A stretch of 64,000 nucleotides of DNA from an uncultured virus (IMG/VR IMGVR_UViG_3300024272_002111). Lineage: Duplodnaviria > Heunggongvirae > Uroviricota > Caudoviricetes. The stretch lies in the IMG/VR virus record IMGVR_UViG_3300024272_002111; one strand, 5' to 3'. Shown here one piece after another: positions 48,607-58,978 of the stretch. Within the stretch, counting starts at the first letter, position 1. Every line of letters begins with the position of its first letter. The translations under genes and the position numbers were made by a program. Below the pieces are notes generated by a model that was not told where the DNA came from, did not search any database, and saw only the letters and a program-made list of their open reading frames with translations.

Positions 48607-49413
48607 TTACTTTGTGGACTTCTTCTCTTTTTTCTTCTGTGCAGTCTTTTCACGTCTTGCCTGACGCTTTGCTTCTAATTCTGCCTGTACTTCTTCTTCT
48701 GTCATACATGCACGAACTTCTATCATATCTGCAAGATAATCCTCTAATCCCTTATAAAAAGCACTTGCGTTAGACTTTGCAAACTCTTTATACTGATTTC
48801 CGGAAATAGCTTTTAATTCTTCAATTTGCGCGTCAAAACCTTCAATATCTGCTTTGACTTTTTCGATAGTTTCAGCGCATGCCCCGTTTGTATTCTCTAA
48901 TTCGCGCAAGTACTTTGCAGAATTAGCCTTCTGACTATAAACATACTGTAAATCGGCAGACTTCTTCACGGCGTGACGGCTGGCATATACTACCAAAGTA
49001 TTTACCACGTTTTCATCGTTCCGTAACTTTGCACCTTTTACTTCTCCAATGTAAGCATATAAAGCAGATAATGCGCTATAGATAGGGCTTTCGTCAATAG
49101 TTTCAACATTGTTATATCTTGCACTTGCTACCGCATAACATGCGCTATGGATAGCGTCATAATGCTTATGTAAATCTTTTACCATTTCAGCGTCGAATTC
49201 TTTAGCGTTAAGTTTTGCACCACTAAAACCGCGGTTTACAATGATAGCATCTGCAATTTTGTTTCCAGTAACCTTTGTGTTGAATGTGTTAATAGTTGCG
49301 TTTGTTGTTGTGTTAGTTGTTGTCATGATTTTTTCCTCTTCTTTCCGCCACTTTGGGCTATAAAATAATATGATATAGTTGTACTCTGCTTTATTCGGAC
49401 TTGTAACCGTCAA
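48607..49413 (-). CDS. Hypothetical helical protein, first gene of leftward array
   Basis: Likely start MTTTNT (49326) after GAGG. Confidence 0.65.
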   Translation of the reverse strand: MTVTSPNKAEYNYIILFYSPKWRKEEEKIMTTTNTTTNATINTFNTKVTGNKIADAIIVNRGFSGAKLNAKEFDAEMVKDLHKHYDAIHSACYAVASARYNNVETIDESPIYSALSALYAYIGEVKGAKLRNDENVVNTLVVYASRHAVKKSADLQYVYSQKANSAKYLRELENTNGACAETIEKVKADIEGFDAQIEELKAISGNQYKEFAKSNASAFYKGLEDYLADMIEVRACMTEEEVQAELEAKRQARREKTAQKKKEKKSTK

Positions 49414-50451
49414 CTAGGACTTATTCTGTATTGCCTAGTGGTAGCATTACAACTTTATCTTAAAAGAATACGGTTCAAATGCTATGATTACCTATCTGTC
49501 ATTCGCTTTATTCGCTAATTGTACGACTTTCACGTACTTATACAGAAGTATTTCCCAATATAAGTGACTCTTTTATTATCATGATTTTTCGTGTATTTTT
49601 ATACATTACCATTTCAAGTTTTCAAGTCATTATCTGCTTATATTTTGTATAGTTTGCATCAACCGACTTATTTAGTTGTCAATGTGTACGACTTCCAAAA
49701 TAACTAGCTTTTTCAAGCGTTACATTCTTAAAGACTTTGTGAAACTGTTATGACTTTTTCAAGTCCTGATATAGTCTTTTAAGAATGTTTCAAGTCTATC
49801 AATAAAACCGATAACTTGAAGTGATTATTTTGTTGTTCGTTCCTTACAAGTACATTAAACCATAGAATAATAATTTTATCAACTAATTTTATAAGAATTG
49901 TAGTTCTTTTTACTTTAAATAGGGGGTATATAAAACCATTCAAACCCGCATAAATACTGGGTTTTACCATAGCTACTTCACCCACACATCACGTTAAAAA
50001 TCCATCCAATAATATCAATTTATTCTCTTCTTATTCTCCTCGTCTCTCATATCGTAGATCCCATAATAAATAAGCTAATTTTCATCAAATTATAGTTTAA
50101 ATCATCAGATATCCAACCATCTAATATTTCAATTACGTACCAAATACTCAATAAATATAGTAGAAATACAACGATACAAAAGAAAACCGGTAAAATACAT
50201 ATCAATAGGCCAAAACCTATTAAATAAATAATGCCTATATACAATAATGCTCTATATACGTAGCAAAAAATAAGTTTTTAGCATCAAAAATGAATTATCA
50301 TCTCTACCCTACCAGCACAACCAATTAAGTACTAAAGAGGCAGAATGATTCTAATAATGAAGATAAAGTCTCGTAACAGGGGGTATAAAAGAACTAATAT
50401 AGGAGCAGGTATATAATATATAAATGGTATATAATAATAAAAATAATCAAT

Positions 50452-50533
50452 TAACTAGATATAATTAAAATATATACTTGACAAAATCAGGAACATATGA
50501 TATTGTGCCAATAGGGAACTAGACATAATTAAA
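50452..50533 (+). promoter_or_regulatory. sigmaA promoter bracketed by two motif B copies
   Basis: Motif B 50452, TTGACA 50478, 17 bp ending TGA, TATTGT, motif B 50516. Confidence 0.75.
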
Positions 50534-50764
50534 AGATATGAATTATAACAAAATGTTATCTTATTAAGATATAGATTCAATTGTCTTTGTCTCCGACGGT
50601 ATATACTCTTCGTCTAGGAACAGACGCTACGCTTACTGTTCTACTAGACTCAGAGTTCTTTTCGCATACCTGTTCCGGTTCTTACGAACCGTTCACAGAG
50701 CATGCTCAAAGGAAAAAGATTTAATTTTTAAGTTTTTTAGACCAATCTCTGAAAAGCCTTATAA

Positions 50765-50855
50765 TTACTGGGAAAATCACTTGTCTAAATGCTCCCTATT
50801 ATATATTAAATTATTATTACATAGGGAGCAAATAGACAAGTCAAAAACCCAGTAA
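50765..50855. repeat. Long imperfect inverted repeat with AT-rich centre
   Basis: ACTTGTCTAAATGCTCCCTAT / ATAGGGAGCAAATAGACAAGT (19 of 21 match) plus outer TTACTGGG/CCCAGTAA. Confidence 0.8.
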
Positions 50856-50917
50856 AAATAGCGTATACAAGAGATGGAATTAAATGGAAATTATTTTAAT
50901 GAAAGGAATGATAGAAA

Positions 50918-51907
50918 ATGGAATTAGACACAAGTAAATTAACAGAGGGGCAGATATTTAATACATATCCTGAATTATGTCGGACACTAGGATGTGAGGT
51001 ATACGGGGGGTATCAAAAAACTAAGCAATTAAAAGATTTCGGCCGGTATTTCAATTATGAAAAGGATGGAAAGAAAATTATCATCACAGAGATATATCCG
51101 GAGCCAATGAATGAAGAGTATAGGGTTGCTGCGAATGCAAAATATGTTACCTTTGTACAGAATATACTACTCTCCTATTTATCCCAGCAGGAAGAAGAGA
51201 TTATATATATAACACCGCAGCGATTATGGTTATTACTTGGGATGGTAAATAATAAGTATTTGGTTATGAAGCAACATTACCGGCGACAGGAGTTATTAAC
51301 TTTATCTGAAGATATGGATATGTTTGATATTAATCATTTCTTTGTCCGGAGTAATATGAAGATCAGAGATATATTAAAAAGTGGATTAGGAAGTTTAAAG
51401 CGTAGAAAATTATTAATATGTGAAGAAGTGTACCGTATAGGGATCTTAGAATCAGACTCAGCATATTTCAGATCAGGGATAGTATATAGGGATGCAACTG
51501 ACAACGAGAAGAAGTACATATTACGCACTGAACGAAAGTTGTTAAAGGAATTTGGTTTTGAAACAGATTACCAGATGCTTTGTAGTGATAAGCGTACAGA
51601 TTATTATAATGAGCTTGGTAAGATATTTAAGAAAGAAAAAGATTGGGAGAATATATATCATTGTTATAAATTTATATATGACAAAGGTAATATAATCGAA
51701 GCAATTAATGAAGATGAAGAGACCAAGCAAATGAATCAGTTAGTAATAGATGCATTAAATGAACAGGCTGAGAAAAATTATAATAAGAAAGGGTTTACAG
51801 CGGATAATGCAGCCATCAGAATATTTGATGAAGATAATCCATTTTTTTATAATAAAGGGTATCAGCAGCGGCAAAGACTATTAACAGAAGCATTAATAAG
51901 GAGATAG
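50918..51907 (+). CDS. Hypothetical phage protein, possibly DNA-binding
   Basis: 329-aa ORF with GAAAGGA RBS. Confidence 0.7.
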   Translation: MELDTSKLTEGQIFNTYPELCRTLGCEVYGGYQKTKQLKDFGRYFNYEKDGKKIIITEIYPEPMNEEYRVAANAKYVTFVQNILLSYLSQQEEEIIYITPQRLWLLLGMVNNKYLVMKQHYRRQELLTLSEDMDMFDINHFFVRSNMKIRDILKSGLGSLKRRKLLICEEVYRIGILESDSAYFRSGIVYRDATDNEKKYILRTERKLLKEFGFETDYQMLCSDKRTDYYNELGKIFKKEKDWENIYHCYKFIYDKGNIIEAINEDEETKQMNQLVIDALNEQAEKNYNKKGFTADNAAIRIFDEDNPFFYNKGYQQRQRLLTEALIRR

Positions 51908-51925
51908 TAAGAATATGAATAAATC

Positions 51926-52006
51926 GAACTACGCAAAATTAAAACCAAGTATTGACATTTCAAAAAACATATGATATATTAAAGATACGAACTAGATATA
52001 ATTAAA
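51926..52006 (+). promoter_or_regulatory. sigmaA promoter bracketed by two motif B copies
   Basis: Motif B 51926, TTGACA 51952, 17 bp ending TGA, TATATT, motif B 51989. Confidence 0.8.
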
Positions 52007-52023
52007 ACATAAGGAGATATTTT

Positions 52024-52293
52024 ATGAGATATAAGATTGTCAATGTAACAGACCGGGCAGGTAATGTTAAAAAGGAATTTATGGCAGAGTTACAGGAAGC
52101 ACATCCCGCAATGAGTGGTGTACTACTCTATCCTATTAGTAAGAAATCCATAGAGAGGATTCCATTATGTTTAATATGGACAGATCAGAGTGATAAAATG
52201 TTACGTACTTCTACTATTATGGGATATGAAGAAAATAATAATATAATTACAGTTACTACACGTAACAGTGTTTATACATTAGAAGCAAACTAG
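52024..52293 (+). CDS. Hypothetical protein
   Basis: LRTS..VTTRNSVY motif; AAGGAG RBS. Confidence 0.65.
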   Translation: MRYKIVNVTDRAGNVKKEFMAELQEAHPAMSGVLLYPISKKSIERIPLCLIWTDQSDKMLRTSTIMGYEENNNIITVTTRNSVYTLEAN

Positions 52294-52314
52294 ACTAAAT
52301 TAAAACGGAGGGTA

Positions 52315-52704
52315 ATGAATATGAGAAATATTATTGTTTTAGAAATCAATGGTAAGCACGGTGTAATTTGGAATCATGAAGTTCCGACACCAAAGGAATT
52401 TTTATTAATCCCGGAAACTACTACTGCTATTGTAGAAAATCGAATTTTTGAAGATTTTATTGATGAGACATTTATGTTTGTTACAGAAGTCTTATCAAAG
52501 AAATTTAAAGAAAAAATTGACAATGTATATGTAACGTTTATGAATAGTGAGAATGTATTCATCTGTTCTGCTGTCATTGATAAAATTAATAAAAAGAATG
52601 GTACATATAGATTGGGCATTCAGGACTGGCAGGCAACTGGTTATACATTTAAATATGCGGATGATTGTGACGAAGATGAAATCGAGAAAGGCGAAGAATG
52701 TTAA
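52315..52704 (+). CDS. Hypothetical protein
   Basis: GGAGGG RBS. Confidence 0.6.
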   Translation: MNMRNIIVLEINGKHGVIWNHEVPTPKEFLLIPETTTAIVENRIFEDFIDETFMFVTEVLSKKFKEKIDNVYVTFMNSENVFICSAVIDKINKKNGTYRLGIQDWQATGYTFKYADDCDEDEIEKGEEC

Positions 52705-53900
52705 GTTGTTTGTTAAATAACCAAAGAATTAATTGTATAGATGGGCAACATACTAGAGACCAGCTTAAAACATGGGCAAAGAAGAAAATACTACTCTGCC
52801 CGGCTTGTGGAAAACCGTATGAATATTGTCATGGTCAAGTTAAGATGCCTTATTTTAGACATATGGATAAGATTGAGTGCGAAGATAAATATTCCGAACC
52901 GGAAACAGAAGAACATCTCGCCGGGAAGAAGGATTTATATGAATGGTTAAAGAAGCAACCCGGTATAACAGATTGCGAACTTGAAGGTTGGATTCCCGGA
53001 ACCAAGCAACGTCCGGATATTATGTTTAAATTTAATGGACAACAGTATGTATTAGAATACCAGTGCTCTCCTATTGCTACCGAATATTTAGAGAGACATG
53101 AGTTATATCAGGTGGCAGGAATTAAGGATATTTGGATTGCCGGATATGAAAAATATTTCAAAAAAAATAGTAGGCATAAATTTTTAGAAAATTATGTTAA
53201 TGGATATTATAATCCAATAGATAAAAAATTCTATTTAAATAATTGGGAACAAGAAGATGTAATTTATATGTTTGGGAAAATTGCAAATAGATATAGGAAT
53301 GATAATTATCTAAATAATTTTATATTCCAAAACGGTGAAATACTATTTTATTATTTTAAAAAACAAAATTACCGATTAGCACCTGAGAAACATTATAATA
53401 GAAAAAATATAAAAGAATCTATAAAAAAATCTGATCGAACTAAATTTATTAAAAAAATAGAATTTATAAAAAAGAATTTTAATAAATATTTTGTTACAGT
53501 TCATTATCCTAATTATTGGGACAGGGATTTGTTTGTGCGTTTTAACAGGAATTCTAACAATACAATTAAATTTGAAGATCATGAACATATATATTTAAAA
53601 ATTAATAATTTTATTAGGGTCGAAGAAATAAATAAAAAGTTAAAACATTATAATAAAAAAACAAGTACATGGAGTTTTTATTTATTTCCAAATACAAATG
53701 TTTTACAAGTTGATATATATGACAATAGAGGGTATCATCTTCACGGAGAAGAAAGATATTTAATGCAAGCCGAGTTAATAGATATTCAAAAAGAAAAAAT
53801 AAAACTTGAAGATATCTTATTAGAAATAATGATAAAGTGTAAGGATTATGTGATAAAATCTCGGAACAATTATTGGAAAGTAATAAATAATGGAGGATAA
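52698..53900 (+). CDS. CoiA-like PD-(D/E)xK nuclease domain protein
   Basis: CPACG..PYFRH..EPETEEH..GK..QRPDI..EYQCS. Confidence 0.8.
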   Translation: MLSCLLNNQRINCIDGQHTRDQLKTWAKKKILLCPACGKPYEYCHGQVKMPYFRHMDKIECEDKYSEPETEEHLAGKKDLYEWLKKQPGITDCELEGWIPGTKQRPDIMFKFNGQQYVLEYQCSPIATEYLERHELYQVAGIKDIWIAGYEKYFKKNSRHKFLENYVNGYYNPIDKKFYLNNWEQEDVIYMFGKIANRYRNDNYLNNFIFQNGEILFYYFKKQNYRLAPEKHYNRKNIKESIKKSDRTKFIKKIEFIKKNFNKYFVTVHYPNYWDRDLFVRFNRNSNNTIKFEDHEHIYLKINNFIRVEEINKKLKHYNKKTSTWSFYLFPNTNVLQVDIYDNRGYHLHGEERYLMQAELIDIQKEKIKLEDILLEIMIKCKDYVIKSRNNYWKVINNGG

Positions 53901-56859
53901 ATTAATGGCTTACGGAGACGGAAAATCAATCATAGAAATTTTAAACATTGGCTTTGAGCCATTATTAACTCCAAAGGAGTATAAGATTCATACAGAACGT
54001 AGAGAATTGTCGAATAAACAATATAAACTTAACGGCACTCTTCGATTTATTGAAAATAAATTATTATACCTTGATGAAACTGAAGCATGTTATTACTGGT
54101 TGTCTCAACGAAGATCCGAAATTTTAAAGCAATTAGATAAAATTAAAAAATGGGATAATATGAAAGAGAAAGTCCTAAAAAGCATGTTAGAAAGAAACAT
54201 CTCTTCGACCCGGCAATTATATTCGGATAGACAGTGGGGACATGAAGATCAGTTTAGAAATATTAACATCTTTGAAAGTGATTTAACACGAGCATTTGGT
54301 TGTGAGGATATGCAACATTCAGATGATATTATTAGTGTGGTTACATATTATACTGAAATTTTTGATTCTATTATGCATAATGGATTTATGTATAAAGGCA
54401 AGAAATTTGTATTCTTTACTGCGGGTGCTGGCCAAACAAGAAATAAAAAAAGTACATTTACTTCTGAAGATAAATTGAATGAGCATTTTAATAGATTTTT
54501 CTGTGGCTTAAGTCGAGAACGTATTAACGAGCTTGGTGGTATGAATACCAATAAGTTCTTAGCTTATACAAGTTTATGTCAATCTAATACTTCTATTTGG
54601 GAAGAATTTGATATTGATAGAGCAATTGTTGTGCCGGATATTGAGTTTATTATTCCAAAGCAAAAGGTGCGACATATTTACACTGAGACACCAGAAGATA
54701 AAACAGAAATTGAAACATTGAAACAAGAGATTAAAAATATTTCTACTCAGCTATCTGTCTTAAAAAAGCAAAAATCCGAGTTACAATCTGGCCAAAAACG
54801 TCCTAAAGAAGTTGTAGCTGCCGAAAAAGAATTAATCGCAAGAAGAAAAGAGTTAAATAAACAGATAAAATCTGTACAAGAAAAATATCATAAAACAGAA
54901 ACGAAGGTAATGGATGTTGTTATTCCTTTTACAGATGGTTTTGGAGTTACGTTTAAAAAAGAGCCAAATGCAATGGTAAGAATGCCATTTATGAAAGGAT
55001 TATTATCCCATATTTCGAAGAATCGTTTTAAAACATGGTGTAGGGAAAATAATATTACAATTTATAATGTCACTGATATTTATGGTAAAGAATACAATAT
55101 TGATGACGTGGATTATCTTTTTACTGCAAGCCAGTTTAAGATGTATAAATACTATCAGAATGAATATGATGAAGATGGAAGCCTGATTAAGACTGGTTGG
55201 GAAGTTTACAAAGAACACTTTAAAAAGTATGGTTGTACCGCAAATCGTTGCAATATTGAAAAGAAGAATTTAAAATTGAATGCAAAAACAAACTACCAGG
55301 TTCTTCAGACACTTACAACTGAAATGACTAATAAACATATTTTTCAACTTGCTGAATATGATATAACCAATTTAAATAACATTGGTCGAGATCTTCAGAG
55401 TATGTTGAATATTTTAGGAGCAGATCCGGAGCGAAATGATAAGTTAAATTATTTTCAGAAATCACTATTGCTCTATCCTGAAATGTTTAAGGATTATTAT
55501 GTAAAGACACTTCTAAAAAACACCAAGAGTAGTATGTTAAAAAAGCTATATAGTGGCAAATTTAACATTAACGGCCAGTATACATTTATCGTCCCGGAAC
55601 CATTGGCATGTTTACAATGGTGGTTTACCGGCGAAAGGGATTTAAATAAACTTGGCTTAATTAAGAAAGGCCAAGTACATTGTAGTTTATTTGGAGACGG
55701 GGTTGAATTGGACTGCTTACGTTCTCCTCATTTAGACCATGCACATTGTATACGTAGAAATGTAAGTAATACTGATATTAATTTATGGTATAGAACTAAG
55801 GCATTATATGTTGGTGTTAATGATATTATGAGCAAGCTGCTTATGTATGATAATGATGGAGATATTAGTCTTGTCCATGACAATAAAGTAATTATTGACT
55901 GTGCGAAGAGTTTCCAAAAGAAATATGGTATGATTCCGAATTATTATGATATGCCAAAAGCAAATCCGGAACAGTTAAATAATGATACCTTGTTTGATGG
56001 TATTGTAATGGCATACCATCATGGTAACATTGGAACTCCTAGTAATGAAATTACAAAGATTTTTGACACTCTTTCGCCTGATAGTACTAGAGAAGAAATT
56101 GAGCAGGCAATTGAAATTGTAGCTCTAAGATGTTGTGATGTGAATTATGTTATTGACTATGCAAAAACGTTGTATAAACCTACAATCCCAAAGGATATTA
56201 GAGATATTTACAAACAATACAGTAACCGAAAAGTGCCGCACTTTTTCTTATATGCTAAAGATAAGAAACATCATCAGGTGGAGAAACCTACAAATAATAA
56301 TATTAACCGCATAGAAAAACTCGTAAAGAGTAATAAAATTGTGTTTAACGATGATAAGGTTCTTGGAAAGTCAAAGTATAATTATAAAATGTTGATGACA
56401 GATCCGGAAGTATCTTATACAAAAGAGGACGAAGAAAAGATTCTTAATTTGTATAGAGAATTAGAAACATGTAAGTTGCGCCAGTTAAAACGTATGGATT
56501 TTGATACTTGTGATGTTAGAGATAAGCAAAAAGTTTTAATGTTTCTTGAGAAGGATGCGTTAGTGCAGCGTGAGCAGTTTTCAAAGATGCTAGGATATTC
56601 CAAGGAATATATTTGCGATGTGCTTATTAAACTTTTACAGGGCGATGCTAATAAGGATACTCTTTGGAAATTATACGGAGATGTGATTTACAAGAATCTT
56701 GAAAAACGACTTACTGGTACAAAAAGATGTAGAGTGTGTGGCGAAAGATTTACTTACAACGAAAAAGCTAGAAAAACATCTAATTATTGTAACATCTGCG
56801 CGTCAGAAATTCATAGAAAACAAAAAACATTAAGTGAACGTTTTAGAAGAAAAAAATAA
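53890..56859 (+). CDS. YonO-like single-subunit RNA polymerase
   Basis: TDGFG, R.PF.KG, SQFKM, RSPH, catalytic YDNDGD, IDYAK, C-terminal CxxC..CxxC; upstream of HU as in SPbeta. Confidence 0.85.
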   Translation: MEDKLMAYGDGKSIIEILNIGFEPLLTPKEYKIHTERRELSNKQYKLNGTLRFIENKLLYLDETEACYYWLSQRRSEILKQLDKIKKWDNMKEKVLKSMLERNISSTRQLYSDRQWGHEDQFRNINIFESDLTRAFGCEDMQHSDDIISVVTYYTEIFDSIMHNGFMYKGKKFVFFTAGAGQTRNKKSTFTSEDKLNEHFNRFFCGLSRERINELGGMNTNKFLAYTSLCQSNTSIWEEFDIDRAIVVPDIEFIIPKQKVRHIYTETPEDKTEIETLKQEIKNISTQLSVLKKQKSELQSGQKRPKEVVAAEKELIARRKELNKQIKSVQEKYHKTETKVMDVVIPFTDGFGVTFKKEPNAMVRMPFMKGLLSHISKNRFKTWCRENNITIYNVTDIYGKEYNIDDVDYLFTASQFKMYKYYQNEYDEDGSLIKTGWEVYKEHFKKYGCTANRCNIEKKNLKLNAKTNYQVLQTLTTEMTNKHIFQLAEYDITNLNNIGRDLQSMLNILGADPERNDKLNYFQKSLLLYPEMFKDYYVKTLLKNTKSSMLKKLYSGKFNINGQYTFIVPEPLACLQWWFTGERDLNKLGLIKKGQVHCSLFGDGVELDCLRSPHLDHAHCIRRNVSNTDINLWYRTKALYVGVNDIMSKLLMYDNDGDISLVHDNKVIIDCAKSFQKKYGMIPNYYDMPKANPEQLNNDTLFDGIVMAYHHGNIGTPSNEITKIFDTLSPDSTREEIEQAIEIVALRCCDVNYVIDYAKTLYKPTIPKDIRDIYKQYSNRKVPHFFLYAKDKKHHQVEKPTNNNINRIEKLVKSNKIVFNDDKVLGKSKYNYKMLMTDPEVSYTKEDEEKILNLYRELETCKLRQLKRMDFDTCDVRDKQKVLMFLEKDALVQREQFSKMLGYSKEYICDVLIKLLQGDANKDTLWKLYGDVIYKNLEKRLTGTKRCRVCGERFTYNEKARKTSNYCNICASEIHRKQKTLSERFRRKK

Positions 56860-57078
56860 GAAATGTCCACGGTGTATTTTTATTTATCTTTTAAAATCCC
56901 TTATTTTCTAGGCATTTTTAAAGATTGAGAAATCCCCTTAAAAATCTTCAAAAAAACAATAAGGGGAAGCACCAAAATGTAAAGTTATTATAGGGAGAAC
57001 ATGATTAATGTCTTGCCCCATTTTATTTTTAGGACATACTAGATTAAATTAAATAATCATATTAAGGAGAACAAGGAT

Positions 57079-57420
57079 ATGAAGGAATATAGAAAAGCAA
57101 AAGACGTAAAAGAACAGTATAATTCTTTAGAAGATCTGCGTAAAAGCTGGGGTTGCAAGGAACTTGGCAAGCGTCGTACCAAAGATGAAAATAAACTTCA
57201 GGCACAACGTGAAGCTTTTTGTAATCGTCATAAATGCGAGGCATGCGGCCAGCCTATGAGTTATGTAGGAGCCGGTGTAATGGCATGTAAAAATCCAAGT
57301 TGCAAAGGGATTAAGGTAGAAAGAACCGGTAAAGATGGCGTTACTATTACTGCTTATGAAGTATCCTACGACTTATTGGATGCACTTGGCACAGAGATTG
57401 CAGAAAATATTTTTGATTAA
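57079..57420 (+). CDS. Zinc-finger hypothetical protein
   Basis: CEACG..CKNPSC. Confidence 0.65.
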   Translation: MKEYRKAKDVKEQYNSLEDLRKSWGCKELGKRRTKDENKLQAQREAFCNRHKCEACGQPMSYVGAGVMACKNPSCKGIKVERTGKDGVTITAYEVSYDLLDALGTEIAENIFD

Positions 57421-57526
57421 TATTTTTTTAGCAAACTACGCATAATTAAATATAATATATGCACCAAACCCTAATTGTAGGGTTGAAATAAAAAAAATAA
57501 AGGAATTAAAAGGAGAAAAAGAAATT

Positions 57527-57808
57527 ATGAACAGAACAGAATTTGTAAAGGCAGTAGCTACAGCAACAGGTTTCACACAGAAGGATGTAAAGGCAGTTTT
57601 AGATGCTGCTCAGACAGTAGCTTATGGCGCAATGGCAAAGGAAGAAGAAGTAGCTGTTTTCGATGGTCTTAAGCTTAGTGGTATCAGAAAGCCTGCTTGT
57701 GTAAAGAGAAATCCATTAACTGGCCAGGATGTGCAGGTAGCTGAGAAGGTAGCTCCAAAGGCTAAGTTTGGTGCGGTTGCAAAGCGTGTAGTTAACGGCG
57801 AAGAATAA
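57527..57808 (+). CDS. HU family DNA-binding protein
   Basis: MNRTEFVKAVA..RNPLTG..PKAKF. Confidence 0.9.
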   Translation: MNRTEFVKAVATATGFTQKDVKAVLDAAQTVAYGAMAKEEEVAVFDGLKLSGIRKPACVKRNPLTGQDVQVAEKVAPKAKFGAVAKRVVNGEE

Positions 57809-57938
57809 TTAAATATAACAGCGTATAAACACATAATGGTGTTTCTGCCGGTTCATTACCGGCATACGTTTTTACCAGTAGTCTCCTACTGCTCATATAT
57901 ATATAAATATGTTATTCTAATAAAAATTTATATATAGG

Positions 57939-58238
57939 GTGGGTTACGTGGACGATTTAAAAAAATTATTTAATAATAGTGGATTAACATTTCATGAGTT
58001 ATCAAAATTATCTGGTGTTTCATTATCTACAACACATAGATATGTTAATAATAAAACGAAAGAAATGGATGATGAACATTACTCTTCTATTTATGAAATA
58101 TTAAAAGAATATAAGAGTCATGAAATTGTTCATGATGACTATGAATTAGATTATATTGTTTTGCAAGCAGAAAGAGCTATGTATAAGACATTTCATGATC
58201 AGTTTATGGAGATGTATAAAAAATACAAAAGCGAATAA
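57939..58238 (+). CDS. XRE-type helix-turn-helix protein
   Basis: GLTFHELSKLSGVSLSTTHRYVN. Confidence 0.65.
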   Translation: MGYVDDLKKLFNNSGLTFHELSKLSGVSLSTTHRYVNNKTKEMDDEHYSSIYEILKEYKSHEIVHDDYELDYIVLQAERAMYKTFHDQFMEMYKKYKSE

Positions 58239-58384
58239 AATTGAGGTTTGGCAGTTGGTTAAGCTGACGTTTACTTGGGTGGAGTAATTACCATACTGGG
58301 TATTCAGTGAGAAACCTATCGGGTGCACACGAGGTCTCTACGGAGCACTGCTTTAAGGCAAGGAGGAGTCCTTGTCTTATATAT

Positions 58385-58448
58385 GGGCTTTCATATGGAT
58401 GGTAGTTGTGGCATGACAACTAGGTAGGATCATTCCCTACGGAGTCCA
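58385..58448 (+). ncRNA. Short degenerate tRNA-like element
   Basis: GGGCTTT/GGAGTCC acceptor, TAGTTGT-GGCATG-ACAACTA arm, GTAGG-ATCATTC-CCTAC T-like arm. Confidence 0.4.
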
Positions 58449-58614
58449 CTTACCTATTGAGGGGTTAGAATACTCAAATCACGTCTATGACAAAGAAACG
58501 GACATAGCATTTGCTCGTTAGTGAATTAGCTATCAAGATGGATAGCGTGGCTCTGTGGATAGCAGAATTCCATTGGTTATAGTATACCAGCAAACGAGAC
58601 CGAAATACTATTTT

Positions 58615-58687
58615 GCACATGAGGACAAACAGCAGAGTCGTCACCCTGTCACGGTGAAGATAGCGGGGTCAGCACCCGTCTTGTGCG
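58615..58687 (+). tRNA. tRNA-Asp(GUC), non-canonical T-loop
   Basis: TCACC-CTGTCAC-GGTGA anticodon arm; GCGGG-GTCAGCA-CCCGT T-arm. Confidence 0.75.
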
Positions 58688-58777
58688 TTATTAAAAACTT
58701 ATATACGCAGAGTTTAAGAGCAGATACTACTGCTCTATTTTTATGCGTAAATATTATGAAAATCGAGGAAAAGGAAA

Positions 58778-58954
58778 TTGATTAACATTAGTAAGGATGT
58801 AGCACATCGTTTAAACAAGGAGTTTGGTATTCCATTTAGTTGTTATGAAGGGATTTCACGTTCAAAATCTCGTCATGGTAAGCATTCTAAGTACTATCTT
58901 GCGGAGAGTAAGTATAATCTGAATTCTTTAAGAAAGGTTCAGAATAACAAGTAG
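58778..58954 (+). CDS. Small basic protein (58 aa, TTG start)
   Basis: AAAGGA RBS; MINISKDVAHRLNKEFG... Confidence 0.5.
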   Translation: MINISKDVAHRLNKEFGIPFSCYEGISRSKSRHGKHSKYYLAESKYNLNSLRKVQNNK

Positions 58955-58978
58955 ACTAAATAGGAAGGACTGAAGAAT

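Noticed and set aside
207..49985. Many plus-strand ORFs of 60-170 aa in the left arm and minus-strand ORFs in the right arm
   Set aside because: Antisense shadows of real genes, with no RBS and atypical composition
58555..58785. 76-aa ORF in the ncRNA cluster
   Set aside because: Overlaps tRNA-Asp and a terminator-like hairpin; no RBS
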